From Myxococcota bacterium (lineage in GTDB: Bacteria > Myxococcota_A > Polyangia > Polyangiales > Sandaracinaceae): 64,000 nt of DNA. The notes beneath the pieces were generated by a model that was given only the letters and a program-made list of their open reading frames with translations, searched no databases and had not been told where the DNA came from. Positions 45,759 through 54,600 of this stretch are shown here, in pieces. Position 1 is the stretch's first letter; the number at the start of each line of letters is the position of its first letter. The stretch lies in assembly GCA_036149055.1 (NCBI GenBank), contig JAYZQJ010000204.1, positions 1 to 64,000 on the forward strand, given 5' to 3'. A program made the translations under genes and the position numbers.

Positions 45759-46796
45759 ATGGACGCGATCGGAGCGGACGTTCGGGTGGTCGGGGTCGGC
45801 GGAGCCGGCGGCAACGCGGTGCGGCACATGGCCGGCCTCGGCATCGAAGGAGCGCGGCTGATCGCCGCCAACACGGACGCGCAGGCGCTCGAGGGGCACC
45901 CGGCCGCGCAGCACCTGATGCTGGGCCGGCGGTCGACCCGCGGGCTCGGCGCGGGCGGTCGACCCTCGGTCGGCTTCACCGCGGCGCAGGAGTCGACGGC
46001 GGAGATCGTCGACGCGGTGTCCGGCGCCGACCTCGTGTTCATCGCGGCCGGGCTCGGCGGCGGCACGGGGACCGGCGCCGCCCCGCTCGTGGCCCACATC
46101 GCCCGCGAGGAGGGCGCCCTGGTGGTCGGCGTCGTGACCACGCCCTTCACCTTCGAGGGCGGCCGCCGGAACCGCTTCGCGGACCAGGGGCTCGAGGCCC
46201 TGCGCGAGCAGGTCGACTCCTTGATCGTCATCCCGAACGACCGGCTCCTCGAGCTGACCGGCGTCGAGCCGACGGTGGCCGAGGCCTTCGCCTGCGCCGA
46301 CGGCGTGCTCGCCGACGGGGTGCGCGGCATCGGCGACCTCGTGATGGAGCACGGGCTCATCAACCTCGACTTCGCCGACGTCAGCGCCGTCCTCAGCGAC
46401 GGCGGCCGCGCGGTGATGGGCATCGGGTACGGCCGGGGCCCGCAGCGCGCGCTCCGCGCCATCGAGGCGGCGTCGCGCTCGCCGCTCCTGGCCGACGACT
46501 CGATCGAGGGCGCGCGCGGGGTGCTGATGAGCTTCCGCGTGGACCCCAAGCTCGGCCTCGGCAAGATCCACGAGGCGGCGGCGCGGGTGCAGGCGCTCGC
46601 CGACGACGACGCGGAGATCCTCTTCGGCGTGACCGTCGACACGATGCTCGAAGACGAGGTGCAGGTGACGCTCGTCGCCGCCGGCCTCGACGCGCCGCTG
46701 GAGCGCGAGGAGCCGGTCGAGGTGCAGCGCTCGGCCGAGATCTACGCGCCCGCGGTGGTCTCGAAGCGCCGCAACGCGCTCGTCATGCTGCGCTAG
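45759..46796 (+). CDS. ftsZ: FtsZ paralogue (tubulin-like GTPase) outside a dcw cluster
   Basis: GVGGAGGNAV, NTDAQAL, GLGAG, GGGTGTG, PFTFEG, IPND, T7 loop INLDFADV. Confidence 0.9.
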   Translation: MDAIGADVRVVGVGGAGGNAVRHMAGLGIEGARLIAANTDAQALEGHPAAQHLMLGRRSTRGLGAGGRPSVGFTAAQESTAEIVDAVSGADLVFIAAGLGGGTGTGAAPLVAHIAREEGALVVGVVTTPFTFEGGRRNRFADQGLEALREQVDSLIVIPNDRLLELTGVEPTVAEAFACADGVLADGVRGIGDLVMEHGLINLDFADVSAVLSDGGRAVMGIGYGRGPQRALRAIEAASRSPLLADDSIEGARGVLMSFRVDPKLGLGKIHEAAARVQALADDDAEILFGVTVDTMLEDEVQVTLVAAGLDAPLEREEPVEVQRSAEIYAPAVVSKRRNALVMLR

Positions 46797-47605
46797 GGAT
46801 CGCGAAGCCGGAAGCCGATCACGCTCGGCAGCTCCCAGAAGCGGCGGTTGTCGTCGCTCTCGAAGAAGCCGTCCTCCCAGCTCCCCATCTCCGCCACGCG
46901 GTGCCCCGGCGCCCGCACGACGAGCGAGCTCTCGGGGCCGCCCTCCATGTAGACCAGCCCCCGGATGCCGAGGTCGAGCTGCTCGAGCATCCGGTTCAAC
47001 ACCGCCACGCGGTAGGGCGTGCGCACGTGGAGGAAGACCGCGCGCCCCTGGCTGTCCGCGCCGAACGCGGCCGCGCTGTAGCGGCGGCGGCTCGGCCACG
47101 GGCGGGCCCGACCGCGGCAGTCGATCATGGTGCGGAAGCCCTGCACCGCCGAGCCGTAGCGGGCGAGGATCTGGGCGCGGCTCGCGGGGCAGCCGGCGCC
47201 GCCGACCGCGATGGGGCTGCGCGGGCCGCGCGGGTCCCAGCCGACGATCGCGTCGTAGCGGGCCGGGTCCCGATCGCTGATCACCTCGCCGCGATCGATC
47301 AGCGTGCCGACCGGGCGCCGGTTCGGGAGGAACATGCCGGCGTTGATCCCGCCGTGCAGCCCGAAGTCCCGCACCCATCGGTCGAGGGTGCGCGCCGGCC
47401 CGTCCCGGACCGAGCTCAGGACGGCGATCCGGTAGCGTGACAGGTCCACCCGCACGAGGGTCAGGGTGCGGTCGCCGGCGGGCGCGGTCGGCGCGCGGGG
47501 CAGGCCGACGCGCTCCACGAGGAGCGGCGCGCTCTCCTGCGCTCTCACGCCGAGGCTCGCGCCGAGGAGCGCGGTCAGGGCCGCCGCCGTCATCCACCAC
47601 CGCAT
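46793..47605 (-). CDS. Phosphodiester glycosidase (NAGPA-like) family secreted protein
   Basis: Signal peptide; INAGMF, SAAAFG, YMEGGPESSL. Confidence 0.7.
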   Translation of the reverse strand: MRWWMTAAALTALLGASLGVRAQESAPLLVERVGLPRAPTAPAGDRTLTLVRVDLSRYRIAVLSSVRDGPARTLDRWVRDFGLHGGINAGMFLPNRRPVGTLIDRGEVISDRDPARYDAIVGWDPRGPRSPIAVGGAGCPASRAQILARYGSAVQGFRTMIDCRGRARPWPSRRRYSAAAFGADSQGRAVFLHVRTPYRVAVLNRMLEQLDLGIRGLVYMEGGPESSLVVRAPGHRVAEMGSWEDGFFESDDNRRFWELPSVIGFRLRDP

Positions 47606-47644
47606 GGCGCGCGAACGGCTCTCTCGGGGGCCGCTATTCCCCGG

Positions 47645-48304
47645 TCAGATCAGCCAGAACGCAAGGGCCGCCGACCAGGCGAGCAGCACCAGCCCGCGCA
47701 GGGTGAGCCTCCGCGCGATGTCCGGCGCCGACGCCCGCCAGAGCTCGGGCGCGCGGCCGATGGCGCGGCCGGTGCGATACGGGCCGGCCGCGGAAGAGAC
47801 GAGGTCGAGGCGCGGGAGCGTCAACAGCTCACCGTCCTCCACGCCGACCGGCGCCTTGGCGAGCAGGAAGACGGCGCGCTCGGTCTCGAGCCGGGCGCCG
47901 TCGGCGGTCAGGCGCAGGGCGCCGGAGATCCAGGTGGCCGCGCGGCGCGCGAGGGTCAGCTCCCAGGCGCCCGCGAACACCGAGGCCACGGCGCCGGTCA
48001 CGACGATGGGCAGCTGCCATCGCTCCACCGGCCCCTCGAGCGCCATCCAGACGACCACCGGCAGCGCCGGGAGCCAGACCTGCCAGCGCTCGGCCCGCAC
48101 GAACGCGAGCAGCTCCCGCGGGCGCTCGTGCTCCCAGCAGACCACGCCGACCATCGCGCCGATGAAGAAGACGGCGGCGATGAAGCGCGCGCTCCCGTTG
48201 GCGGCGACCACCCGCTCGGTGAGGACCGCGAGGACCACCGTCCACACGCCGAGGGCCTCGAGGAGCCCCAGCGCGCGACCGGGTCGGGCGATCCACGCGG
48301 GCAT
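47645..48304 (-). CDS. Hypothetical membrane protein
   Basis: Several TM helices; TATCCT 6 nt upstream. Confidence 0.6.
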   Translation of the reverse strand: MPAWIARPGRALGLLEALGVWTVVLAVLTERVVAANGSARFIAAVFFIGAMVGVVCWEHERPRELLAFVRAERWQVWLPALPVVVWMALEGPVERWQLPIVVTGAVASVFAGAWELTLARRAATWISGALRLTADGARLETERAVFLLAKAPVGVEDGELLTLPRLDLVSSAAGPYRTGRAIGRAPELWRASAPDIARRLTLRGLVLLAWSAALAFWLI

Positions 48305-48341
48305 GTCATCAGGATAGGTCCAGCCCCTTCCCGCGCCAGGG

Positions 48342-49838
48342 TCACCGAACCGCGAGGCGTCCGCCTTCGAGGGTCCAGCTGGTCTCGGTCAGCGCCTCGC
48401 CGAGGGCGGCGTCGTGGGTGACGAGGAGCAGGGCTCCGGGGTAGCTCGCGAGCGCCGCCTCCAGCCGCTCGATCGACGGCACGTCGAGGTGGTTCTCCGG
48501 CTCGTCGAGCACCGCGCACCAGACCTTGCGGGCGAGGCCCTCGGCGAGGATCAGCTTCCGCGCTTCGCCGGGCGAAGGCGAGGGGGTCTCGAGGAGGCGC
48601 TTCGGATCCACCCCGAGGGCGGCCACGATCTTCAGCGTGTCTCCGCGGCGGTCGGGCGACATGGCGCGCAGCCGAGCGAGCGCCTCGGGGCCGGCCTCCT
48701 CGGGGAGCGACTGCGGCAGCGCGAGCAGCCGCTCGGGGGGCAGCGACCAGCGCTCGGTGATCGCGCGCAGCAGGCTGCTCTTGCCCGCGCCGTTCGGCCC
48801 CGCGATCCGCACCCGATCGCCGCGCCGCAGCACCACCGAGGTCGGCTCGAGCAGGAGGCGCGACCCCGCCTCCAGTCTCAGCTCGTCGGCGAAGAGGGTC
48901 GGCTTGTCGGCCGGCTCCCACTCGACGGAGAGCGCGCCCCCGAGCGCCCGGGCGACGTGGGCCGCGCCGAGCGCCTCGTCCGCGCGCGCGACCCGGGTGG
49001 AGAACCGCGAGACCGCCTGCGCGTGGGCCGCGGCCGCGTTCTCCGCGCGCCCTCTCCGGCCGGCCTCGCGGGCGTCCGAGTCGCGCGGCCCCTTGATGCG
49101 GGTCCGGGCGGAGATGGTGGCCTCCGACCGCGCCGCGCGCCGCTGCCGGGCGTCGAGCTCGCGCTTCACCCGGACGTGCTCCTTCTTCCGCTCCCGGCGC
49201 GCGTGGGCGGCGGCGCGCCGCTCGTCCTCCATGGCGCCGCGCGCGTCGGAGTAGGCGCCCGCGCGGAGCTCGACCGCGCCGCCTTCGACCCAGACCGTGC
49301 GGGTCACCAGGGCGTCGAGGAAGGCGCGGTCGTGGGCGACCACCACGCCGATCCCGGTGAACGCCCGCGCCATCTCCGCGAGCGCCTCGCGCGCTTCGGC
49401 GTCCAGGTGGTTGGTGGGCTCGTCGAGGAGCAGGACGTCGGGCGCGCCGTCCATCGCGGCCGCGATCTGCCAGCGCTGGCGCTCGCCGGGGGAGAGCGTC
49501 GGCCACCGCTCGAGGGCGTCCGGGTCGAGCCCGAGCCGCGCCCGGCTCCGGCGCGCGAGGCCGTCCCAGCTCCACGCGAACGCCTGGACCTCGGGCGTCG
49601 GCGCGCGGGGCGACTGCACGCAGCGCGCGATCTGGAGCGAGGTGGGCTCGCGGACGAGCGCGCCGCGGCTGGGGGAGAGCTCGCCGTGGAGCAGCCGGAG
49701 GAGCGTGGTCTTGCCGGCGCCGTTGGGGCCGGCGATCGCGGTCCAGCCGGGCTCGAAGACCAGCGACACGTCCTCGAAGACGGAAGGGGAGTCGGGGTGG
49801 GCGAAGGCCACCTCCGACAAGCGGATGCGGGGAGACAA
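48342..49838 (-). CDS. ABC-F family ATPase (ribosome-associated; possibly ribosome-protection type)
   Basis: Two NBDs (GPNGAGKTT, LSPGE, LLLDEPTNHLD; GPNGAGKSS, VLDEPENHLD) joined by a charged helical linker; no TM; TTG start with GAGGTG. Confidence 0.88.
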   Translation of the reverse strand: MSPRIRLSEVAFAHPDSPSVFEDVSLVFEPGWTAIAGPNGAGKTTLLRLLHGELSPSRGALVREPTSLQIARCVQSPRAPTPEVQAFAWSWDGLARRSRARLGLDPDALERWPTLSPGERQRWQIAAAMDGAPDVLLLDEPTNHLDAEAREALAEMARAFTGIGVVVAHDRAFLDALVTRTVWVEGGAVELRAGAYSDARGAMEDERRAAAHARRERKKEHVRVKRELDARQRRAARSEATISARTRIKGPRDSDAREAGRRGRAENAAAAHAQAVSRFSTRVARADEALGAAHVARALGGALSVEWEPADKPTLFADELRLEAGSRLLLEPTSVVLRRGDRVRIAGPNGAGKSSLLRAITERWSLPPERLLALPQSLPEEAGPEALARLRAMSPDRRGDTLKIVAALGVDPKRLLETPSPSPGEARKLILAEGLARKVWCAVLDEPENHLDVPSIERLEAALASYPGALLLVTHDAALGEALTETSWTLEGGRLAVR

Positions 49839-49842
49839 GAGA

Positions 49843-49927
49843 CACCTCGATGAACACGGACGGAGAGGGGCACGCGCCGAGGTCGTCGGCAGGGCGTGCG
49901 GTTCGTGGTTCAGCGAGAGTTCGTCAT
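49843..49927 (-). promoter_or_regulatory. Candidate attenuator: uORF MTNSR (49927-49910), hairpin and anti-SD
   Basis: ATG ACG AAC TCT CGC TGA; hairpin 49870-49899 (gcacgc/gcgtgc, gccga/tcggc); a hairpin segment is complementary to the ABC-F SD. Confidence 0.5.
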
Positions 49928-49980
49928 GGTCGACGCCAGGGTAGGCGTCTCGGTGAAGGTGGCGCTCGCGGTGGGCGGCG

Positions 49981-50565
49981 TCAAGCGTCCCTGTTGCGGT
50001 CCGCTTCGTCGAGCGCCTCGCGCAGGGTCTGGGGGCGGTCGGGCGCGGTGACCTTCTTTTTCCAGCGCCGCTCCCGCCGACGCTTCCTCCACCACAGGCC
50101 GAAGAGAGGCCAGGCCTCCTTGCCGTCGAGCGGGCCGAGGGGGATCAGGTTCAGCCCGATGAGGATCGCGTTGGTGACCGTGAACGCGTAGACGAGGTCG
50201 GCGAGGAAGGGCTGCGTGGGCGAGCCCAGCGCGGCCACGACCGCGAGCGTGACCACGAGGATCGGCAGCTGCGCGAGCACGCCGCCCCAGGCGACCAGCG
50301 CGCGCTCGATCGGAGTCGGGGAGCCCGCCCAGCGACACTCCCCGCCCATGCCGTGGAGGCGCACACCCAGGTTGGCGAGCCCGACCCGGTGCACCACGAA
50401 GGCGTGACCGAGCTCGTGAACGATGATCAGCGCGAGGAAGCCGAGCCAGAGGCCGGGGGCGAGGCGGCCGCCGGTGAAGAAGATCATGCCGATCGGCAGC
50501 GACCAGTGCGCGCGTACCGGGACGTCGCGGATCCGGAAGAGCGTGAGGTAGCCGGTCTCGAGCAC
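49981..50565 (-). CDS. Site-2 protease / M50 family membrane metalloprotease
   Basis: IVHELGH, NLIPLGPLDG, TM helices; start inferred. Confidence 0.85.
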   Translation of the reverse strand: MLETGYLTLFRIRDVPVRAHWSLPIGMIFFTGGRLAPGLWLGFLALIIVHELGHAFVVHRVGLANLGVRLHGMGGECRWAGSPTPIERALVAWGGVLAQLPILVVTLAVVAALGSPTQPFLADLVYAFTVTNAILIGLNLIPLGPLDGKEAWPLFGLWWRKRRRERRWKKKVTAPDRPQTLREALDEADRNRDA

Positions 50566-50639
50566 TCCCCATCCGTAATCACGAACCATCGAATGCGCAT
50601 GCGATCGGGTGCGTCGGTGAGGGTATGCTGCCGGCACCG

Positions 50640-51554
50640 ATGCGCGCGCTGACCCTGGCCCTGCTCCTGACCGCCTGCGGCGGAGACGACGACGACGCCG
50701 TGCCCGAGATGGCGACCGGCACCGCCTCGGTGGCGGTGGAGGCGGAGGGCACGGCCGAGGTCGACGCGCCCGCGGCGCCGCACGGCGGGCGCGTCGTGTC
50801 GGTCGGCGCGCACGCGGTGGAGGTGGTGGCCCACGACGACGGGGTCATCGACGCGTTCGTGCTCGGCGACGCGCCCGAGCCGGCGCAGGTGCAGCTGACG
50901 GTGAGCGTCTCGGGGGACGACGGCGAGGTGCACCCGGTGCTCCTGACCTGGCACCCGAGCGAAGGCCGCTACCAGGGGCGCATGCACCACGCGCAGCCGA
51001 TCCCGGGGCCGGTCGAGATCGCGATGACGGTGAGCGGAGAGCGCGCCGAGGGGCGTGCCCCGCGCTTGCTGGTGCTCGCCCCCGAGCCGGCGGCGGCCCC
51101 GCCGCGCTCCTCCGCCCGCGCGACGACCGCTCGGGCGCCCAGCTCCCCGTCCAGCTCCTCGTCCAGCGAGGCCGCGCCCAGCTCCCCGTCGAGCGCGGCG
51201 CCCAGCTCCCCGCCCAGCGCGGCCGCGCCCGGCAGCGAGCCGCCGACCGTCGAGGTGCCCGCGCCGTCGGCGCCGGTGGTCCGCGTCCAGCCCGCTCCCG
51301 GCGTGGTCGCGGTGCAGCCGCCGCCCGGAGGCGTGCGGGTGCGGCCCGCCCGGCCCGCCGCTCCACCCGCCGCGCAGCCGCCCGCCGCGCAGCCGTCCCC
51401 CGCGCAGCCGTCCGCCGCGCAGCCGCCAGCCGCGCAGCCGTCCTCCCGCGGCGGCATCCGGGTCCGGAGCCGCGCGGCGTCGTCCACCGGGCAAGCCGCG
51501 TCTCCCGCCTCCCCGTCACGCGGCGGCATCCGCGTCCGGTCCGCCGACGACTGA
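50640..51554 (+). CDS. Lipoprotein with PHGG-containing beta domain and Pro/Ala/Ser-rich repetitive tail
   Basis: Lipobox LTAC; APHGGRVV; PSSP and AQP repeats; SRGGIRVRS twice. Confidence 0.65.
   Translation: MRALTLALLLTACGGDDDDAVPEMATGTASVAVEAEGTAEVDAPAAPHGGRVVSVGAHAVEVVAHDDGVIDAFVLGDAPEPAQVQLTVSVSGDDGEVHPVLLTWHPSEGRYQGRMHHAQPIPGPVEIAMTVSGERAEGRAPRLLVLAPEPAAAPPRSSARATTARAPSSPSSSSSSEAAPSSPSSAAPSSPPSAAAPGSEPPTVEVPAPSAPVVRVQPAPGVVAVQPPPGGVRVRPARPAAPPAAQPPAAQPSPAQPSAAQPPAAQPSSRGGIRVRSRAASSTGQAASPASPSRGGIRVRSADD
51366..51440 (+). repeat. Coding 15-bp tandem repeat (5 copies; AQP-containing pentapeptide)
   Basis: cgcgcagccg recurs at 51371, 51386, 51401, 51416, 51431. Confidence 0.85.
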
Positions 51555-51649
51555 AGGGCGGCTTACGTCGGTCGAGGGGAGGAAATTCCCCCGCGAGGAA
51601 AGAAAGCCGAGAACGGAACCTCGCGTCGCGGCGCATGTCAGGCTCGGCC

Positions 51650-54600
51650 GTGACCACGCTCCGATTCGTGTTCGGGCTGCTCCTCCTCGCCCCCGCGCCC
51701 GCGCTCGCCCAGCCGACGGGCTACGAGCTCGCGCTGCAGGGGAGCGACGTCCTGCACGCCGGCCGCACGGCGGTGTTCCGTGGGGTGGCGTATCGAGTCC
51801 ACGGCCTGGCCGAGCTGAGGCCGCAGGGCGGCGACGTGGAGGCGCGGCTGCGGTGGTCGGAGGGAGAGCGGCCGAGCACGTCGTGGGTCACCGCGCGCGC
51901 GGACGCGGCCGGTCGCTTCCGGCTGGAGCTGCCGGTCCCGGAGGCGGCGCTCGATCCCTCGCCGGTCCTCGAGGTGCGGGTCGGCGGGGAGGCGGGGCGG
52001 CGCTTCTCGTTCCCCGTCCGCGTCGCGCCGGCGCTCGACGTCTTGCTCCGCACCGATCGTCGCCTCTACGAGCCGGGCGAGCCGGTGCACGCCTGGGCGC
52101 TGGTGCGTGACGCGGCCAGCGGGGCGCCCGCGCGCGACGTGCCGGTGGAGCTCCGCCTCACCGGCGGGGCCTTGCCGCCCACCATGCACGCGCTCCGGAC
52201 GTCGGAGGCGGGCGTCGTGCACCTCGAGCTCCGCGTGCCCGAGCGCGCCCCGGAGTCCGGGCAACAAATCGCGCTTCGGATCGAGGGGCAGCTCCAGCAG
52301 CGGGCGACCTTCCGCGTCGGCACCCGCACCTCGGAGCGCCTCTTCGCGACCGTCGAGACCCCGGATGCGGCGGTCACGCCCGGGGCGTCGACGACGGTGA
52401 GCGTCTCGGTCACCACGCCCAGCGGCGCGCCGGTCTCCGGGGCCACCGTGCGCCTGACGATCGAAGACGAGGTGCTCACGGGAAGCACGGGCGACGACGG
52501 CGTGGCGCGCCTCGAGGTCCGCGCGCCGGCTCACTTCGAGCACCGGAGCGGGCACGTCTCGGTGCAGGCGGAGGTCGAGCATCCGGCGCACGGCGCGGTG
52601 ACCGCGTGGGGCGCCCTCGGGCTCGCGGTGCCGCTCGCGCTGCGGGTCGAGGTGGTGCCGCGGCACGGCGGCCTGGTCCCCGAGATCGACGACGCGCTCT
52701 ACGTGCGCCTGATCGAGGGCACGTCCGGGCCGCCCGCCGAGGGCACCGAGGTGACGGTCCGCGGGCCCGCCATCCAGGGCGGCTCGTTCACCGGCGCGAG
52801 CGACGCGCACGGCCTGGTCGAGGTCCCCGTCCGGCTGCCCCTCGGCGCCGCGTCCTCGCTCGACGGCGCGCCCGAGACCACGGTCACCGTCGACGTCGCC
52901 GGCCCGCTCGAGCGCACCACCGAGGCGTCGATCCCGGTGCTGCGCGACGTCGAGGTGGCGCCGGTCGTCGGCGACGTGGTGATGGACCCCGGCGGCGCCA
53001 TCGAGGTGAGGCTGCTCCGGCGTCCCGCCTGGCGCCGGGCCGGGGTGCGGGTGGAGCTGCTGGACGGGCAGGCGCCGCTCGACTGGGTCGTCACCCGCGC
53101 CGATCGGGTGCGACTGACCCCGCCGCCGGGCCGACTCGGCGTGTTGCACGTTCGGGCGCGGGTGCTGCACGAGGACGAGACGCTCGACGGCGTGGGCGCG
53201 CTCGCGGCCGTCCTGGTGCGGCCGCCGGATCCGGACGAGGCGCGTCTGTCGAGCGCCCGGCCGCGCTGGACGGTCGGGGACACGGCGCAGCTCACCTTGC
53301 ACACCGGCGCCGGCGGTCCGCGGCGCTGGGCGGCGCTCCTGGTCCGCGATCTCGCGGCGCACGGCGGCGAGGAGCCGTTCCGGGCGAGCTTCCTCGGCGG
53401 CGCGTTCGAGCGCGCGGTGCGTGCGCCCACGGGCCCGGCGTCCGAGCGGCTCCTGAGGGCCGCGCTCGCCGCGCACGCGGTCGCCGATCCGGCGACCCAG
53501 CCCGCGCCGCCGCTCACCGACGCGCTCGGGCTGCCGGAGGAGGGCGCGGCCACCGACGCGGCGCGCGAGCGAGGCACGCTGCGCGATCCGTTCCCGCTCG
53601 CCCGCGAGCTCGAGCGGCGCGGCGCCTTCGACGCGATGCGCGCGCTGGAGTCGGCGCTGGAGCAGGCGCTCTCGGAGGGCGGCCTCGACGCGATCACCAC
53701 CGGCGCCGGCGCGCGCCGCCGCTTCCGGGACGACCTGCTCGCCGCGCAGACCCGGCTCCGGACCCTGGGCGACGAGCCGCTCACCCCGAGCATCCTGGAG
53801 GACGCGGTGCCGGGCTTCGACTACGAGGCGGTCGCCAGGCGCGTCGCCCGGGCCCGGCTGGTGCGGTTGATGGCCGCGCTCGCCCGCTACCTCGACCCGG
53901 GGGACGACGCGCCCGTCGCCGCCCGCATGGCGTCGCGAGAGCCGAGCGAGCGGTGGCTCGGGCGCATGGTCGAGCGCGGCGTGATCGCGCAGACCGACCT
54001 CGACGACCCGTGGGGCGGACGCTTCACGCTCCGGGCCTCGCGCGCGCCGCTCCTCGTGCTCGGCGCGGCGGCCACCGCGCTCGAGCTCGTCTCGCCCGGC
54101 CCGGACGGCCGTCCCGGCACCCGCGACGACGTGCGGGATCCGTTCGCGCGCGTGGTGCCCGCCGCCACCCCGTACGCGATCGCGAGCGGGGAAGATGCGT
54201 TGATGCGTCAGCTCGCGATGATCTCGCCTCTGGCCCGCACCCTGGAGGCGCTGCGCGAGGCCTACCGGCGGACGCTCGCGGAGATGGCCGAGGAGCTGAT
54301 CGGCGACGCGGTCGCGGGCGGCTACAGCGAGGGCAGCCTGGGGCTCGGGGGGCTCGGTACCGTCGGGCACGGCCGGGGCGGGGGAGGCAGCGGCTACGGA
54401 TCGGGCAGCGGCTACGGGCGCATGGGGCGACGAGGTCGCATCCGGGTGGGCTCCGCCGGGCTCGCGGGTGTGGTGCGGGAGCGCTTCCCGCCGACCCTGC
54501 TCTTCCGGCCCGCGCTGGTCGTCGACGCCGACGGCACGACGGAGCTGGCGGTGCCCCTCGCCGACGCGGTCACGACCTATCTGGTCGAGGCGATCGTGTG

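Noticed and set aside
51366..51440. Short periodic repeats as a CRISPR array
   Set aside because: 15-bp period without spacers, in frame within a CDS, no cas genes; the same applies to 59590-59649
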